A DNA stretch of 64,000 bases from Verrucomicrobiota bacterium (GCA_039815375.1 JBCBZJ010000001.1:320001-384000); one strand, 5' to 3'; counted from the first letter of the stretch, positions 1 through 10,228 are shown. Numbers and translations: made by a program. The notes: generated by a model from the sequence alone, not told the origin.

Positions 1-468
1 CAATATCCTGAAAAACTTATTCCACGAGTGATTCTATCTTGTCTGACTGAAACGCCGATTCCTTTGTACGGCAATGGCAAGAATATGAGGGATTGGTTAC
101 ATGTGGAAGATCACTGTGAAGCTCTCGTGTCAGTTATGACTTCTGGTCGTCTTGGAGAATGCTACTTAGTTTCCGGGGATAATGAGCTATCCAACATCGA
201 GTTAGTTGGTATGCTCTGCCGTGTAATGGATCAGATCGCGCCTAGTCCAACCAAGGCATCGTATACTAAACTGATCGAATTTGTTCCAGACCGCCCCGGG
301 CATGATTATCGCTACTCGATTGACAGCACTAAAATCAAGGAGGAGCTCGGTTGGTTGCCGCGTAAGTTGATAAATGTAGGTCTCTTGGAGACTGTAGAGT
401 GGTATCTACAGAATCGAGAGTGGCTTGAAGCTGCAGCAGTATCTTCAAACTCTTTACGAAGTGCTTAA
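1..468 (+). CDS. rfbB: dTDP-glucose 4,6-dehydratase, C-terminal part (5' truncated by window edge)
   Basis: Frame open from base 1 (QYPEKLIP...); RmlB motifs YGNGKNMRDWLHVEDH and DRPGHDYRYSID. Confidence 0.93.
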   Translation, partial: QYPEKLIPRVILSCLTETPIPLYGNGKNMRDWLHVEDHCEALVSVMTSGRLGECYLVSGDNELSNIELVGMLCRVMDQIAPSPTKASYTKLIEFVPDRPGHDYRYSIDSTKIKEELGWLPRKLINVGLLETVEWYLQNREWLEAAAVSSNSLRSA

Positions 469-507
469 TCGCCTGAATCAAACTGCTTTGATAAATAGAT
501 TATAGCT

Positions 508-1473
508 ATGAGAATTCTGTTGACCGGATGCGCCGGATTTATCGGCTCCCATACATTAAACCGTCTTCTAGCTGATGGGCATTCTGTTGTAGGTATCGAT
601 AACTTCGACCCATTTTATTCTCGATTACTTAAGAATGCCAACCTTTCAGCTCATATAGGAAATGCTAACTTTGAACTAATCGAAGCAAATTTAGAAGATG
701 CCTCCACATACCAAAAATTAAGAATCCTGCTGGGGAATGAACCGTTTAATGCGATTATTCATCTTGCAGCTAAGGCAGGCGTAAGACCCTCAATTCAGGA
801 CCCAGTCGGTTATCAGCGGGCCAATGTTATCGCGACACAAAACTTGCTTGAGTTTGCCAAAGAAAACGAAATCAAGCAGTTCGTCTTTGCCTCGTCTTCA
901 TCGGTTTATGGTGTCAATCCGAATGTCCCCTGGCGGGAAAGCGATCACGTCTTGCAACCAATCAGTCCCTATGCGAGTACCAAAGTCAGCTGTGAGCTAA
1001 TGGGTCATGTATATAGTCGGCTCTACGGAATTCGGGTTCTCGGACTAAGATTCTTTACCGTTTATGGACCGCGCCAGCGTCCTGATTTGGCGATTAACAA
1101 ATTTGTTCGGCTGATCGAAGCGGGTGAGCAGATTCCAGTTTTCGGAGATGGCTCAACGCGCCGTGATTATACTTACATCGACGATATCGTAGATGGCATT
1201 ATTGGATCGCTCCACTATGTCGGCTCCGAATTCGAAGTCATTAATCTTGGTAATGACCAAACAGTGACGCTTGCTGCGATGATAGAAACGATCGAAACTA
1301 CAGTCGGCAAAAAAGCTATCATTGACCGTCAGCCCGAACAGCCCGGAGACGTACCGCAGACCTGGGCTGATGTGAGCCACGCAAAAGAGCTTTTGGGCTA
1401 TAAGCCAATGACGAGCTTCGCTGAGGGTGTTTCGAAGTTCTATGATTGGTGGAAGGCAAGTGAGCTTGTCTAG
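508..1473 (+). CDS. NAD-dependent epimerase, UDP-glucuronate 4-epimerase-like
   Basis: TGCAGFIG Rossmann motif, HLAAKAGVRPS, YASTK catalytic motif, LRFFTVYGPRQRPDLA, QPGDV. Confidence 0.88.
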   Translation: MRILLTGCAGFIGSHTLNRLLADGHSVVGIDNFDPFYSRLLKNANLSAHIGNANFELIEANLEDASTYQKLRILLGNEPFNAIIHLAAKAGVRPSIQDPVGYQRANVIATQNLLEFAKENEIKQFVFASSSSVYGVNPNVPWRESDHVLQPISPYASTKVSCELMGHVYSRLYGIRVLGLRFFTVYGPRQRPDLAINKFVRLIEAGEQIPVFGDGSTRRDYTYIDDIVDGIIGSLHYVGSEFEVINLGNDQTVTLAAMIETIETTVGKKAIIDRQPEQPGDVPQTWADVSHAKELLGYKPMTSFAEGVSKFYDWWKASELV

Positions 1474-1920
1474 CTTAATCTGATTGTAATGCTTAGCTCG
1501 CGGTAAGAGCTATATGATTTTAGTTATTCTAGATATAGGTTCTAAATCCAGATTATGCATGCCGGATGCCTCCGAGATTTGGTTGATGTGGAGGAATTAA
1601 AAAATTTTGAAAGCGACAATTGATACGAAGGCTGGATCGAGGTTGAAAAAGTGCGGTCTGTAATAGCGTTCAACAGGTTAGACAGGGAAAAACTTCAGCC
1701 TGTCACTGCATTAGAATCTCGAGTGGAATGCCCAGTTGCGCACGTTGTCGAATAGACTGAAGAAAAAGTGGTTCGTTAGCTACTCATACAGATCGGCTAA
1801 AGCCTCCTCTAAGCGTTCTAATCCCAAGTTTATCTGTGCCTGTCCATAGACAAAACACAGCTTTAGAGTCGCAGTAAGACAGCAATAGCGCCTTCGGCAA
1901 AAATCCTGAATATAGAATTC

Positions 1921-3432
1921 ATGACTAATAAACTTCCCATCCCACTGCGTGAAAAGCTTGTTGCAGCAGTGGGCGCGCTCACCCTTGCGTTCACGGCTTG
2001 GGGCTATGGAGGTGTGATTGCTTGGTCGCTGCATACCATGCTCGCAGGGGGGCTACTTACTATTTTTTTAGCAACTATTCCGTTATCTCTGTGTAAGCAT
2101 GAACAATCTGAACCTAAACTGAAAGCCGGAATCAAGAACCGAAGATCGTGCTGCGTGCCACTCTCCCGCCTACTTCGTTTCCCGGGAACCTGGTTTGCCT
2201 GCGCGTTCCTGATTTATCTCGCTATCGGTGCTCTTAATCCGGCGTGGCAGGTTGATCCCGATCTCAAAGAATGGCGTTTGCGTCCTTTACTGCCTGTAGA
2301 ACCTCCACTTTGGGATTGGCTGCCGACTTCTGTAAAAAGCGCTTATGAACCGATGAATACATGGCGCATCTTCAATATGCATCTCGGGGCATTTTCCCTA
2401 GCGCTCGGGCTTTATGTAGGCCTCACGCGCCGCAAAACGGTCCTCTTTGTCCTTTGGGTATTCGTTATCAATGCATCTTCTATGGCTTTCATTGCTATTG
2501 TGCAGCATTATGGTGATGCTGATGCTGTTCTATGGACCACTAAATCGGCAAACCGGAATTTCTGGGGTAGCTTCTTCTACCGTAACCAAGCAGTCGCTTA
2601 CTTAAATTGGGGGATCGTGCTTTCGGGAGTACTCTACTTTTACCATGCTCATCGCATACGTGATGAAGCCAAAAGTGGAGGACCACACTTCATGGCCTTT
2701 TGTCTGATTGGGCTCTTTGCAGTTTCTGTCGGTCTAGCCCTTTCTCGTGGTGGTATTCTGTTCGCGGGGATTTTAGTTGCTGCATTTCTTCTGCTGGTTG
2801 CTGTAGACTACGTTATTGCAGCATCCAGCGGCCGTGCTCCTTTGGCAGTTATAATTCCTATGACCCTCACCGTCGCTCTTTTGCTCGCAGTAGGCTTATT
2901 CCAAGCCTACAAGTCGGTCGATTGGCAGGCAGTTCGGGAACGCTTCGGTGACATCGAGGCTACGATTGATAATGCTGATCAGGACGCCAGGGCACTCAGC
3001 TCCAAGCAAACCTGGAAAATGGCACAGGATAACCTCTGGACGGGCTGGGGTGCGGGAAGTTTTCGCTATGTCTTCCCGATCTACCAAAAAGAAATCACTG
3101 AACTTTATCGTTACCGATACCACCGCAAGAAAAAGGAGTGGATCGGACATCGTTTCTATCGCTACGCCCACAATGATATCCTGCAGTTTCTTGCCGAATA
3201 CGGTATCATTGGCTCCAGCCTCCTGCTTCTGTCGTTGCTAGGTTTTGTTTTTTCAGGTTTCCGATTTCAGGTTTCAGCCTTGTGGGTGCTTTTAGGAACT
3301 GTCTGTGCGGCGGCTCATGCCTTTCTTGATTTCATTTTCCATAGTCCAGCCTACTGGTGTGCGCTGGTTGGAGGCCTGGCACTTGTCAGTCGCCTCAGTG
3401 TTCTAAAACGACGCGCAGAAAGAGTCGTCTAG
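1921..3432 (+). CDS. O-antigen ligase family (Wzy_C/WaaL-like) membrane protein
   Basis: Multi-TM; GSFFYRNQ, LSRGG, GWGAGSF and AHNDILQFLAEYGIIG motifs. Confidence 0.85.
   Translation: MTNKLPIPLREKLVAAVGALTLAFTAWGYGGVIAWSLHTMLAGGLLTIFLATIPLSLCKHEQSEPKLKAGIKNRRSCCVPLSRLLRFPGTWFACAFLIYLAIGALNPAWQVDPDLKEWRLRPLLPVEPPLWDWLPTSVKSAYEPMNTWRIFNMHLGAFSLALGLYVGLTRRKTVLFVLWVFVINASSMAFIAIVQHYGDADAVLWTTKSANRNFWGSFFYRNQAVAYLNWGIVLSGVLYFYHAHRIRDEAKSGGPHFMAFCLIGLFAVSVGLALSRGGILFAGILVAAFLLLVAVDYVIAASSGRAPLAVIIPMTLTVALLLAVGLFQAYKSVDWQAVRERFGDIEATIDNADQDARALSSKQTWKMAQDNLWTGWGAGSFRYVFPIYQKEITELYRYRYHRKKKEWIGHRFYRYAHNDILQFLAEYGIIGSSLLLLSLLGFVFSGFRFQVSALWVLLGTVCAAAHAFLDFIFHSPAYWCALVGGLALVSRLSVLKRRAERVV
3251..3278. 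repeat. heptamer tandem repeat (TTTCAGG-like x4) inside the ligase CDS
   Basis: tttcagg tttccga tttcagg tttcagc. Confidence 0.6.
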
Positions 3433-3683
3433 ATTTAAATATTTTTTTCTATTTCTCATTAACGTTCGTTCACGTAAATTAGCAGCCCAAAATCATTCTT
3501 GTCTAGTCCTCTTCTCCCTGTCCTGTCTTTTGCGTAAGCCCTCACCGCTATTGTAGTATCCTAGTGCCTCCTTTCCCATCAGTTGTTGAAACACGTGAAG
3601 GTGGGGCTTTATGCATTTCTCAAAACTTCATCTTTTAGTTTATTCTAATTCGCCATTATTAATCAAAAATTTCCAGTTTTTCC

Positions 3684-4451
3684 ATGAAAGCAGTCCTACT
3701 CGCAGGGGGCCTTGGCACCCGACTCTCTGAAGAAACATACTTAAAGCCGAAACCTATGGTTGAGATCGGTGGCCGGCCGATTCTCTGGCATATCATGAAG
3801 ACCTACTCAGCCCATGGGATTAACGAATTTATTATTTGTGCGGGTTATCGTAGCTATGTGATCAAAGAATATTTCGCTAATTATTTCCTGCACATGTCCG
3901 ACGTGACTTTTGACATGGAGCACAACACGATGGAAGTGCACAAGAAACGCACCGAGCCTTGGAAGGTCACTATAGTTGATACGGGAGAAGAGACCATGAC
4001 CGGAGGGCGCCTCAAACGTGTCAAAGATTACATCGGCAACGAAACCTTCTGTTTCACCTATGGAGATGGAGTTGGCGATGTCGATATCACCAAAATTATC
4101 GAACTCCACAAGAGCGCAAAACGAAAGGCTACTCTGACCGCCGTACAACCCCCAGGGCGCTATGGTGCTCTTGATATAGAGGATGATCGGGTTGCTTCCT
4201 TCGAAGAGAAACCTGAAGGCGATGGAGCCTGGATCAATGGCGGATTCTTCGTTCTCGAACCTTCAGTCGTCGACTATATCTCAGATGATGCCATGCCATG
4301 GGAGCGTGATCCTTTAGAGAAGCTTGCGGCTGAAGAACAGCTTACTGTTTACAAGCATAATGGCTTCTGGCGCCCCATGGATACTCTTCGCGATAAGAAT
4401 CAACTCGAAGAGATGTGGGAGGCCGGCAAGGCACCTTGGAGGATCTGGTAG
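3684..4451 (+). CDS. rfbF: glucose-1-phosphate cytidylyltransferase
   Basis: [47 protein letters not shown]. Confidence 0.96.
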   Translation: MKAVLLAGGLGTRLSEETYLKPKPMVEIGGRPILWHIMKTYSAHGINEFIICAGYRSYVIKEYFANYFLHMSDVTFDMEHNTMEVHKKRTEPWKVTIVDTGEETMTGGRLKRVKDYIGNETFCFTYGDGVGDVDITKIIELHKSAKRKATLTAVQPPGRYGALDIEDDRVASFEEKPEGDGAWINGGFFVLEPSVVDYISDDAMPWERDPLEKLAAEEQLTVYKHNGFWRPMDTLRDKNQLEEMWEAGKAPWRIW

Positions 4452-4498
4452 GACTGATTGTCCAATTCAAATTACCTATAATTTAATAAACTTGTATC

Positions 4499-5623
4499 GT
4501 GGACTTTAAAAATACTTTCAAGGGACGCCGAGTGCTCGTGACCGGCGATACGGGGTTTAAAGGTTCTTGGCTTTGTGAGTGGCTTCTATCCGAAGGGGCT
4601 GAGGTTTACGGCTTGGGTCTGGCGCCCAATACGGAGCCTTCCTTGTTTGATCAGCTTAATCTGGCTAAACGAATTAGCCATGTTGAACTCGATATTCGTG
4701 ACGCTACGGCGCTGGCTGATTATATCGATACGATTGCTCCAGAAATTGTCCTTCACCTTGCCGCACAGCCGTTGGTTCGCCTCTCCTATGACATTCCTGT
4801 TGAGACCTATTCGACAAATGTGATGGGTACCGTCCACCTGCTTGACGCGATTCGTAAGTTCAATGCTTTCAGATCGGGTGCTGAGCAGCCAGTATCCGTC
4901 GTCTGCGTTACAACCGACAAATGCTACGAAAATAAGGAATGGTTACATAGCTATCGTGAGGAAGATCCAGTTGGTGGTCATGATCCTTACAGCTCTAGTA
5001 AAGGTGCGTGTGAAATTGCGATTCAATCATTTCGTAAATCGTATTTTTCGAATCCGGCTGAGTGCGGCGTTGCAGTTGCATCGGCTCGTGCAGGCAATGT
5101 GATTGGTGGCGGCGATTGGGCTTTGGATCGTATCATACCTGACTGTGTGACAGCTCTAAGAGCTGGAGCCGAAATTCCCGTCAGAAACAAGGTCGCGACG
5201 CGGCCGTGGCAGCACGTTTTGGAGCCGCTTGGAGGTTATCTGCTTCTAGCAGCCGAGTTGTGGCGTGGATTGTCCAGCCAGGCTCCGCTTCAAGCGAATT
5301 TTGATTATCGAGAGCTTTGCGGAGCATTCAACTTTGGCCCCAACTTACAATCGAATCGAACGGTTAAAGACCTAGTTGAAGAAGTTTTGAAGCATTGGAA
5401 AGGTACTTGGCGTGATCAGTCGGAACCAAATGCACTTCACGAGGCCTCACTTCTCAATCTTTCGGTAGATAAAGCCTTTCATGTGCTGAATTGGTCCCCG
5501 CGTTGGGGGTTCGCTCAAACCATTCAAGAGACGATTGAATGGTACGCTGCAGCAGAATCCTCAGAATTTGACGCTCAAGTTTTAACACGGGAGCAAATAC
5601 GACGATACCAATTGAGTGCATAA
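4499..5623 (+). CDS. rfbG: CDP-glucose 4,6-dehydratase
   Basis: VTGDTGFKGSWL, HLAAQPLVRLSY, TTDKCY, DPYSSSK, RAGNVIGGGDW, RPWQHVLEPL. Confidence 0.96.
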   Translation: MDFKNTFKGRRVLVTGDTGFKGSWLCEWLLSEGAEVYGLGLAPNTEPSLFDQLNLAKRISHVELDIRDATALADYIDTIAPEIVLHLAAQPLVRLSYDIPVETYSTNVMGTVHLLDAIRKFNAFRSGAEQPVSVVCVTTDKCYENKEWLHSYREEDPVGGHDPYSSSKGACEIAIQSFRKSYFSNPAECGVAVASARAGNVIGGGDWALDRIIPDCVTALRAGAEIPVRNKVATRPWQHVLEPLGGYLLLAAELWRGLSSQAPLQANFDYRELCGAFNFGPNLQSNRTVKDLVEEVLKHWKGTWRDQSEPNALHEASLLNLSVDKAFHVLNWSPRWGFAQTIQETIEWYAAAESSEFDAQVLTREQIRRYQLSA

Positions 5624-5636
5624 ATTTTTACGAAAC

Positions 5637-7154
5637 ATGACGAACGAAGAACTTAAAGCTGAAATCCTAAAACTAACTCGCGAGTATTCGAAGCGTATGC
5701 ACGCTTCGAATCGTCCAGGTATTGACCATCAGCATCCACATAATTCCTCAGAAAGACCAGATCTCATCGCGGTGCCTTATGCAGGACGTGTGTTTGACGA
5801 AGATGAAGTTGAAGCTGCGGTGTCGACGACGCTTGATTTCTGGCTGACGCTCGGAGTTGAGGGTGAGGCGATGCAAAAAGAGCTGGCAGATGTGCTTGGC
5901 ATAAAAAAATCTCTTCTAGTTAACTCGGGCTCGTCGGCAAATTTGATCGCTGTTGCAGCACTGACCACCCATAAGCTACCCGCCCATAAACGAATTCTTC
6001 AAGGTGATGAAGTTATTACTTGTGCAGCCGGTTTTCCAACTACTGTTGCCCCTATCATTCAAAACGGTGCGGTTCCTGTATTCATCGACAATGATCCTTC
6101 GACTGGTAATGCCTGCATGGAGCAGCTCGAATCGGCCTATGTTGAAGGAAAAACCAAAGCAGTCATGTTTGCACATACGCTCGGTAACCCATTCGAGTTA
6201 TGTAAGGTTCTTGAGTTCTGCCATCAGTATGATCTGTGGTTGATTGAAGACAACTGCGATGCACTTGGCTGCACTTATACCTTGCCGGTTGAGCGTGCAG
6301 AGGCGATTGGGCTGCAGCATCTGCTTAAGATTGCAGAGAAGGGTAAGCACCCGATTATTCAGATTGCCAATGGGAAGCTGACTGCTCCGACGGGTGCCTT
6401 TGGAGATATTTCAACACAGTCTTTTTACCCTCCACACCATCTGACCATGGGGGAGGGCGGTTCGGTTAATATTATTCGCCGAGCATCGCTCGCAAAATAT
6501 GCCGAAAGCTTTCGAGACTGGGGGCGCGATTGCTGGTGTCCAAGCGGTAAAGACGACACTTGCTGCAAACGCTTTGGTTGGCAGTTGGGCGAATTGCCCG
6601 AGGGCTATGACCACAAATATATTTATAGTCATCTAGGCTATAATGTGAAACCGCTCGATCCCCAAGCAGCGATTGGTCGCAAGCAAATCGAAAAACTACC
6701 TGCCTTCATTCAGGCGCGCAAAGATAACTGGGAGTATCTGCGTAGAGGCCTTGTTGGCTTGGAACATGTATTTGAGTTTTCCTTGCCGACGCATGCAACA
6801 GAGTGGACGCCTGAAGGAGGCTTTGAGTGGGATGCCTCTGGTTGTTCGACGGATTGTTCATGGTTTGGCTTTATGCTCTTAGTAAAGCCAGATGCGCCAT
6901 TTAAGAAGTCTGCCTTTGCTAGTTATCTCGATGAAAATAAGATCGGAAACCGAATGCTTTTTGGTGGCAACCTGTTGCGTCAACCGGCTTTTGTGCAGCT
7001 CAAGCAAGATCGCCCAGAGGCGATTCGTGTCACCGGTGAAATGCCGGGTGCCGATCGAATTATGAATGAAGCGATCTTTATTGGTACATATCCGGGACTA
7101 ACCCGTATCCAGTTGGATTACATGGTGCAGAAAATTCGTGAATTCGTAGGGTAG
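5637..7154 (+). CDS. rfbH: CDP-4-keto-6-deoxyglucose 3-dehydrase (E1, PMP/[2Fe-2S])
   Basis: SFYPPHHLTMGEGG (His in place of the PLP Lys), WGRDCWC...CC Fe-S motif, GYDHKYIYSHLGYN; ATG at 5637 preferred over 5616. Confidence 0.93.
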   Translation: MTNEELKAEILKLTREYSKRMHASNRPGIDHQHPHNSSERPDLIAVPYAGRVFDEDEVEAAVSTTLDFWLTLGVEGEAMQKELADVLGIKKSLLVNSGSSANLIAVAALTTHKLPAHKRILQGDEVITCAAGFPTTVAPIIQNGAVPVFIDNDPSTGNACMEQLESAYVEGKTKAVMFAHTLGNPFELCKVLEFCHQYDLWLIEDNCDALGCTYTLPVERAEAIGLQHLLKIAEKGKHPIIQIANGKLTAPTGAFGDISTQSFYPPHHLTMGEGGSVNIIRRASLAKYAESFRDWGRDCWCPSGKDDTCCKRFGWQLGELPEGYDHKYIYSHLGYNVKPLDPQAAIGRKQIEKLPAFIQARKDNWEYLRRGLVGLEHVFEFSLPTHATEWTPEGGFEWDASGCSTDCSWFGFMLLVKPDAPFKKSAFASYLDENKIGNRMLFGGNLLRQPAFVQLKQDRPEAIRVTGEMPGADRIMNEAIFIGTYPGLTRIQLDYMVQKIREFVG

Positions 7155-7172
7155 TTTGGTCGCTTTCTATTC

Positions 7173-8000
7173 ATGAAAGTATTTATCACAGGCGCTACTG
7201 GATTCCTTGGTCGGTATGTTTTGTTAGCAGCAGTTGCTGCTGGGCATAAGTGCTACTGTATTCATCGATCCTTTGTGCCAGCTGAGCTACAGAAACTCGA
7301 TAATGTGATTTGGTTAAAGGGAGGCTTAAGCTATGATTGGACTGACATCCTAAATGAATGTGATGCAGTGATACATCTCGCTTCTGCTGGTGTGAGCCCT
7401 CAGCAAGCTACACGTGAAGAATATTTTCAGATAAATGTAACAGATAGCCTCTTATTCGTTGAGAGCGCTGCTGACGCTGGGATTTCAAAAGTGATAGTTG
7501 CTGGCTCTTGTTTTGAGTATGGTGCATCGGGAGAACGTTATGATCAAATTCCGGTGGATGCGCCTCTTGAGCCGCTTAATGCTTATGGTGCTTCAAAAGC
7601 TGCTGCTACAATAGCATTCTGCTCATTGGCGCGAGAGAAAGGTTTTGCTCTTCGGATACTACGCCCTTTTCACTTTTATGGCGAAGGGCAAGCGATTGTG
7701 AATTTGTGGCCATCTTTAAAAGCGGCAGCTTTGGCTGGAGACGATTTTGAGATGACTGCAGGTGAGCAGGTGCGGGATTATATGGCTGTCGAGGATGTTG
7801 CGTCTTCTTTCGTATCCGAATTAGAAGAGCCGAAAAATGCAGGTCCAAAGATTAAGAATATTGGTTCAGGAAGTCCGTTAACACTGGCTGATTTTTGTTC
7901 AAAGTGGTGGAAGCAGTTTAATGCCAAAGGAGAGCTTTTGATTGGTGCTTTGCAATACCGCAACGGTGAGGTGATGCGCTTTGTGCCAAAGGTCGATTAG
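7173..8000 (+). CDS. NAD(P)-dependent sugar 4-reductase/epimerase (possible CDP-abequose/paratose synthase-like)
   Basis: ITGATGFLG, GSCFEYG, YGASK, GEQVRDY; lies directly after rfbH. Confidence 0.7.
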   Translation: MKVFITGATGFLGRYVLLAAVAAGHKCYCIHRSFVPAELQKLDNVIWLKGGLSYDWTDILNECDAVIHLASAGVSPQQATREEYFQINVTDSLLFVESAADAGISKVIVAGSCFEYGASGERYDQIPVDAPLEPLNAYGASKAAATIAFCSLAREKGFALRILRPFHFYGEGQAIVNLWPSLKAAALAGDDFEMTAGEQVRDYMAVEDVASSFVSELEEPKNAGPKIKNIGSGSPLTLADFCSKWWKQFNAKGELLIGALQYRNGEVMRFVPKVD

Positions 8001-8075
8001 GTCGAGTTCATAATTTGAGCTTTTCTAGATTGGCTAATGCATCACATCTTTACCGTTCTGCTCGTATACATTATC

Positions 8076-8825
8076 ATGAAGAGTATCGTAAAAATTTACG
8101 GAGAAAGAAATACGAATACGAATTATCTTAGTAAGTTGATCGACTTGAATCTGAACGCGCAGCAACTTCGTGGGATTATTCCGAGATACGTTTTATTGTT
8201 ACAGAAGATGTTGCCGGGGGATGAGGCGATTCGTGACATTTATTTCTCGCTGACATACCCTTCAAACTTGGGTTGGAAGCATACATCTGTCCTTCCGCAA
8301 GATGAGCTTAAGCGTTTGTCTTTGGTGGATGAAAAGTTGCTTTTCATTACGATAAGTAAAAATCCTTACTCGTGGCTGCTTTCCTTACATCGAAGACCGT
8401 ATCACCAATACTCGAAGCACAGTATGAGTTTTGATGAGTTCTTGTCAGCTGGTTGGCGTACCGTCGGGCGAGATGGAATGGGAAAGGCTTGTGTGACTCC
8501 GATTGAGCTGTGGAACATTAAGAATCGCTCTTATTTGAATATGGATCCTGCCATTACGCTGCATGTAAAATCTGAGGAGATTTCAATTAATCCAAAAGGA
8601 GTTATTGACCGCATGAGCGACGATTTTGGATTTCAAAGAAAATCCAGCAACTTTATTGACTATAGTAAATCGACTAAAGATTCAGGAAAAGATAGTAGTT
8701 ACTATCGGGATTATTATCAGTTTGAGAAGTGGCGTGAGAAACTCTCGCCAGAGGCAATTAGAATTATCAACCAATCAGTCGACGTCGATCTTATGTCTGC
8801 ATTGGGATACGAAATGATTGGGTAA
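8076..8825 (+). CDS. sulfotransferase-like protein (divergent)
   Basis: 5'-PSB-like KIYGERNTNTNYL and 3'-PB-like ISKNPYSWLLSL; C-terminal KWREKLS. Confidence 0.6.
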   Translation: MKSIVKIYGERNTNTNYLSKLIDLNLNAQQLRGIIPRYVLLLQKMLPGDEAIRDIYFSLTYPSNLGWKHTSVLPQDELKRLSLVDEKLLFITISKNPYSWLLSLHRRPYHQYSKHSMSFDEFLSAGWRTVGRDGMGKACVTPIELWNIKNRSYLNMDPAITLHVKSEEISINPKGVIDRMSDDFGFQRKSSNFIDYSKSTKDSGKDSSYYRDYYQFEKWREKLSPEAIRIINQSVDVDLMSALGYEMIG

Positions 8826-8851
8826 ATGTCGTTTAAATATTTTAATGATCT

Positions 8852-10228
8852 ATGTATACTGTAGATACACTTGTAGTTGGTGCTGGCCTCGCTGGTTTGT
8901 CCTGTTCCTATCATATCGGTCATGGTCGATGTCTTATTCTGGAAGGCAAGCCGCATGCTTATGGTCACATATACAGTGAATCTCTTGATGGTTTTACTTG
9001 GGATGAAGGACCGCACGTGTCATTTACTAAGAATGCGTATGCCCGAGATTTTCTTGCTGAAAGTGTTAATGGGGAATTCGAAGAGTACGAGGTAATCGTT
9101 GGTAATTATTTCAATGGCGACTGGATTAGTCACCCTGCTCAGTCCAATTTGTATCAAGTTCCTGAGCCATTGCGAACGAAGTGTCTGGATTCATTTCTAG
9201 CATCTCGAAATGAGTTAGTTAATAGTTCAGAACCAAGAGACTATAAAGAGTGGCTCTGTCGCTCATTTGGAGAAGTCTTTGCTGAGACATTTCCGAGTGC
9301 TTACACTCGAAAATATTGGACGATTGAACCTGAACGGATGACTACAGAATGGGTCGGAGGACGTGTCTTCCAGCCATCGGTCGATGATGTGATCAGTGGA
9401 AGTCGTGGTCCGCTGGATCGTCAGACCCACTACGTGAAGAAGGTTCGCTATCCAAGTCGAGGAGGGTATCAATCCTATGCTCGAAAATTGTTTCAGGGTG
9501 CGAACATACGTCTTAATGCGCAGGTGGAAAAGGTTGATTTGAAGGGCAAGATGCTATGGTGCAAGGATGGTACTAGTTATAACTACAAAAAATTAATTAG
9601 TACGATTCCACTGCCGAGTTTTATCAATTACTGTATCGACGCTCCTAAGGAGCTTATTGATGCATCTCAGCAATTGTTGTGCTCAAGTATACAATTGGTT
9701 AATGTCGTTGCACCGCACGAAACTCTTCGGCGTGAAAATTGGATGTATGTATACGACGAAGACAAACTTTCCGTGCGTATCAATTGTACGGAGAAGTTAT
9801 CACCCTTTAATGCCCCAGAAGGGCATACTGGTGTTCAAGTAGAGGTCTATTATTCTAGGCTCAAGCCTATGGACCTTTCTGTGGAAGAGGTTGAAAAGCG
9901 AGTCATTAATGAGCTGATTGAAATGGGGATTATATGTCCGGATCGATCGGGTGGCCGAGAAAAAATTACCGCACATAGTCGTATCGTTCCATGGGCGAAT
10001 GTTGTCTTTCACCATGAAACGGTAGGTGCACTCGATATGATTTTACAATGGCTTTCTAGCCACGGATTACAGAGGGAGGCGGATGATTTGCATCCATTGA
10101 CAGATTGGACGCATGTCGGATCGCATGCGGGAGGTGATGTAATTTTAGCAGGCCGTTTTGGACAGTGGAAGTATTACTGGAGTGATGACTGTTTGTTAAG
10201 AGGTAAGCTAGTTGCGGATGGATGTTAG
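8852..10228 (+). CDS. FAD-dependent oxidoreductase, WbyH/NDP-pyranose mutase-like
   Basis: VVGAGLAGL, DGFTWDEGPHVSF, HPAQSNLY, YPSRGGY, AGRFGQWKYYWSDD (UGM-like C-terminal motif). Confidence 0.7.
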   Translation: MYTVDTLVVGAGLAGLSCSYHIGHGRCLILEGKPHAYGHIYSESLDGFTWDEGPHVSFTKNAYARDFLAESVNGEFEEYEVIVGNYFNGDWISHPAQSNLYQVPEPLRTKCLDSFLASRNELVNSSEPRDYKEWLCRSFGEVFAETFPSAYTRKYWTIEPERMTTEWVGGRVFQPSVDDVISGSRGPLDRQTHYVKKVRYPSRGGYQSYARKLFQGANIRLNAQVEKVDLKGKMLWCKDGTSYNYKKLISTIPLPSFINYCIDAPKELIDASQQLLCSSIQLVNVVAPHETLRRENWMYVYDEDKLSVRINCTEKLSPFNAPEGHTGVQVEVYYSRLKPMDLSVEEVEKRVINELIEMGIICPDRSGGREKITAHSRIVPWANVVFHHETVGALDMILQWLSSHGLQREADDLHPLTDWTHVGSHAGGDVILAGRFGQWKYYWSDDCLLRGKLVADGC

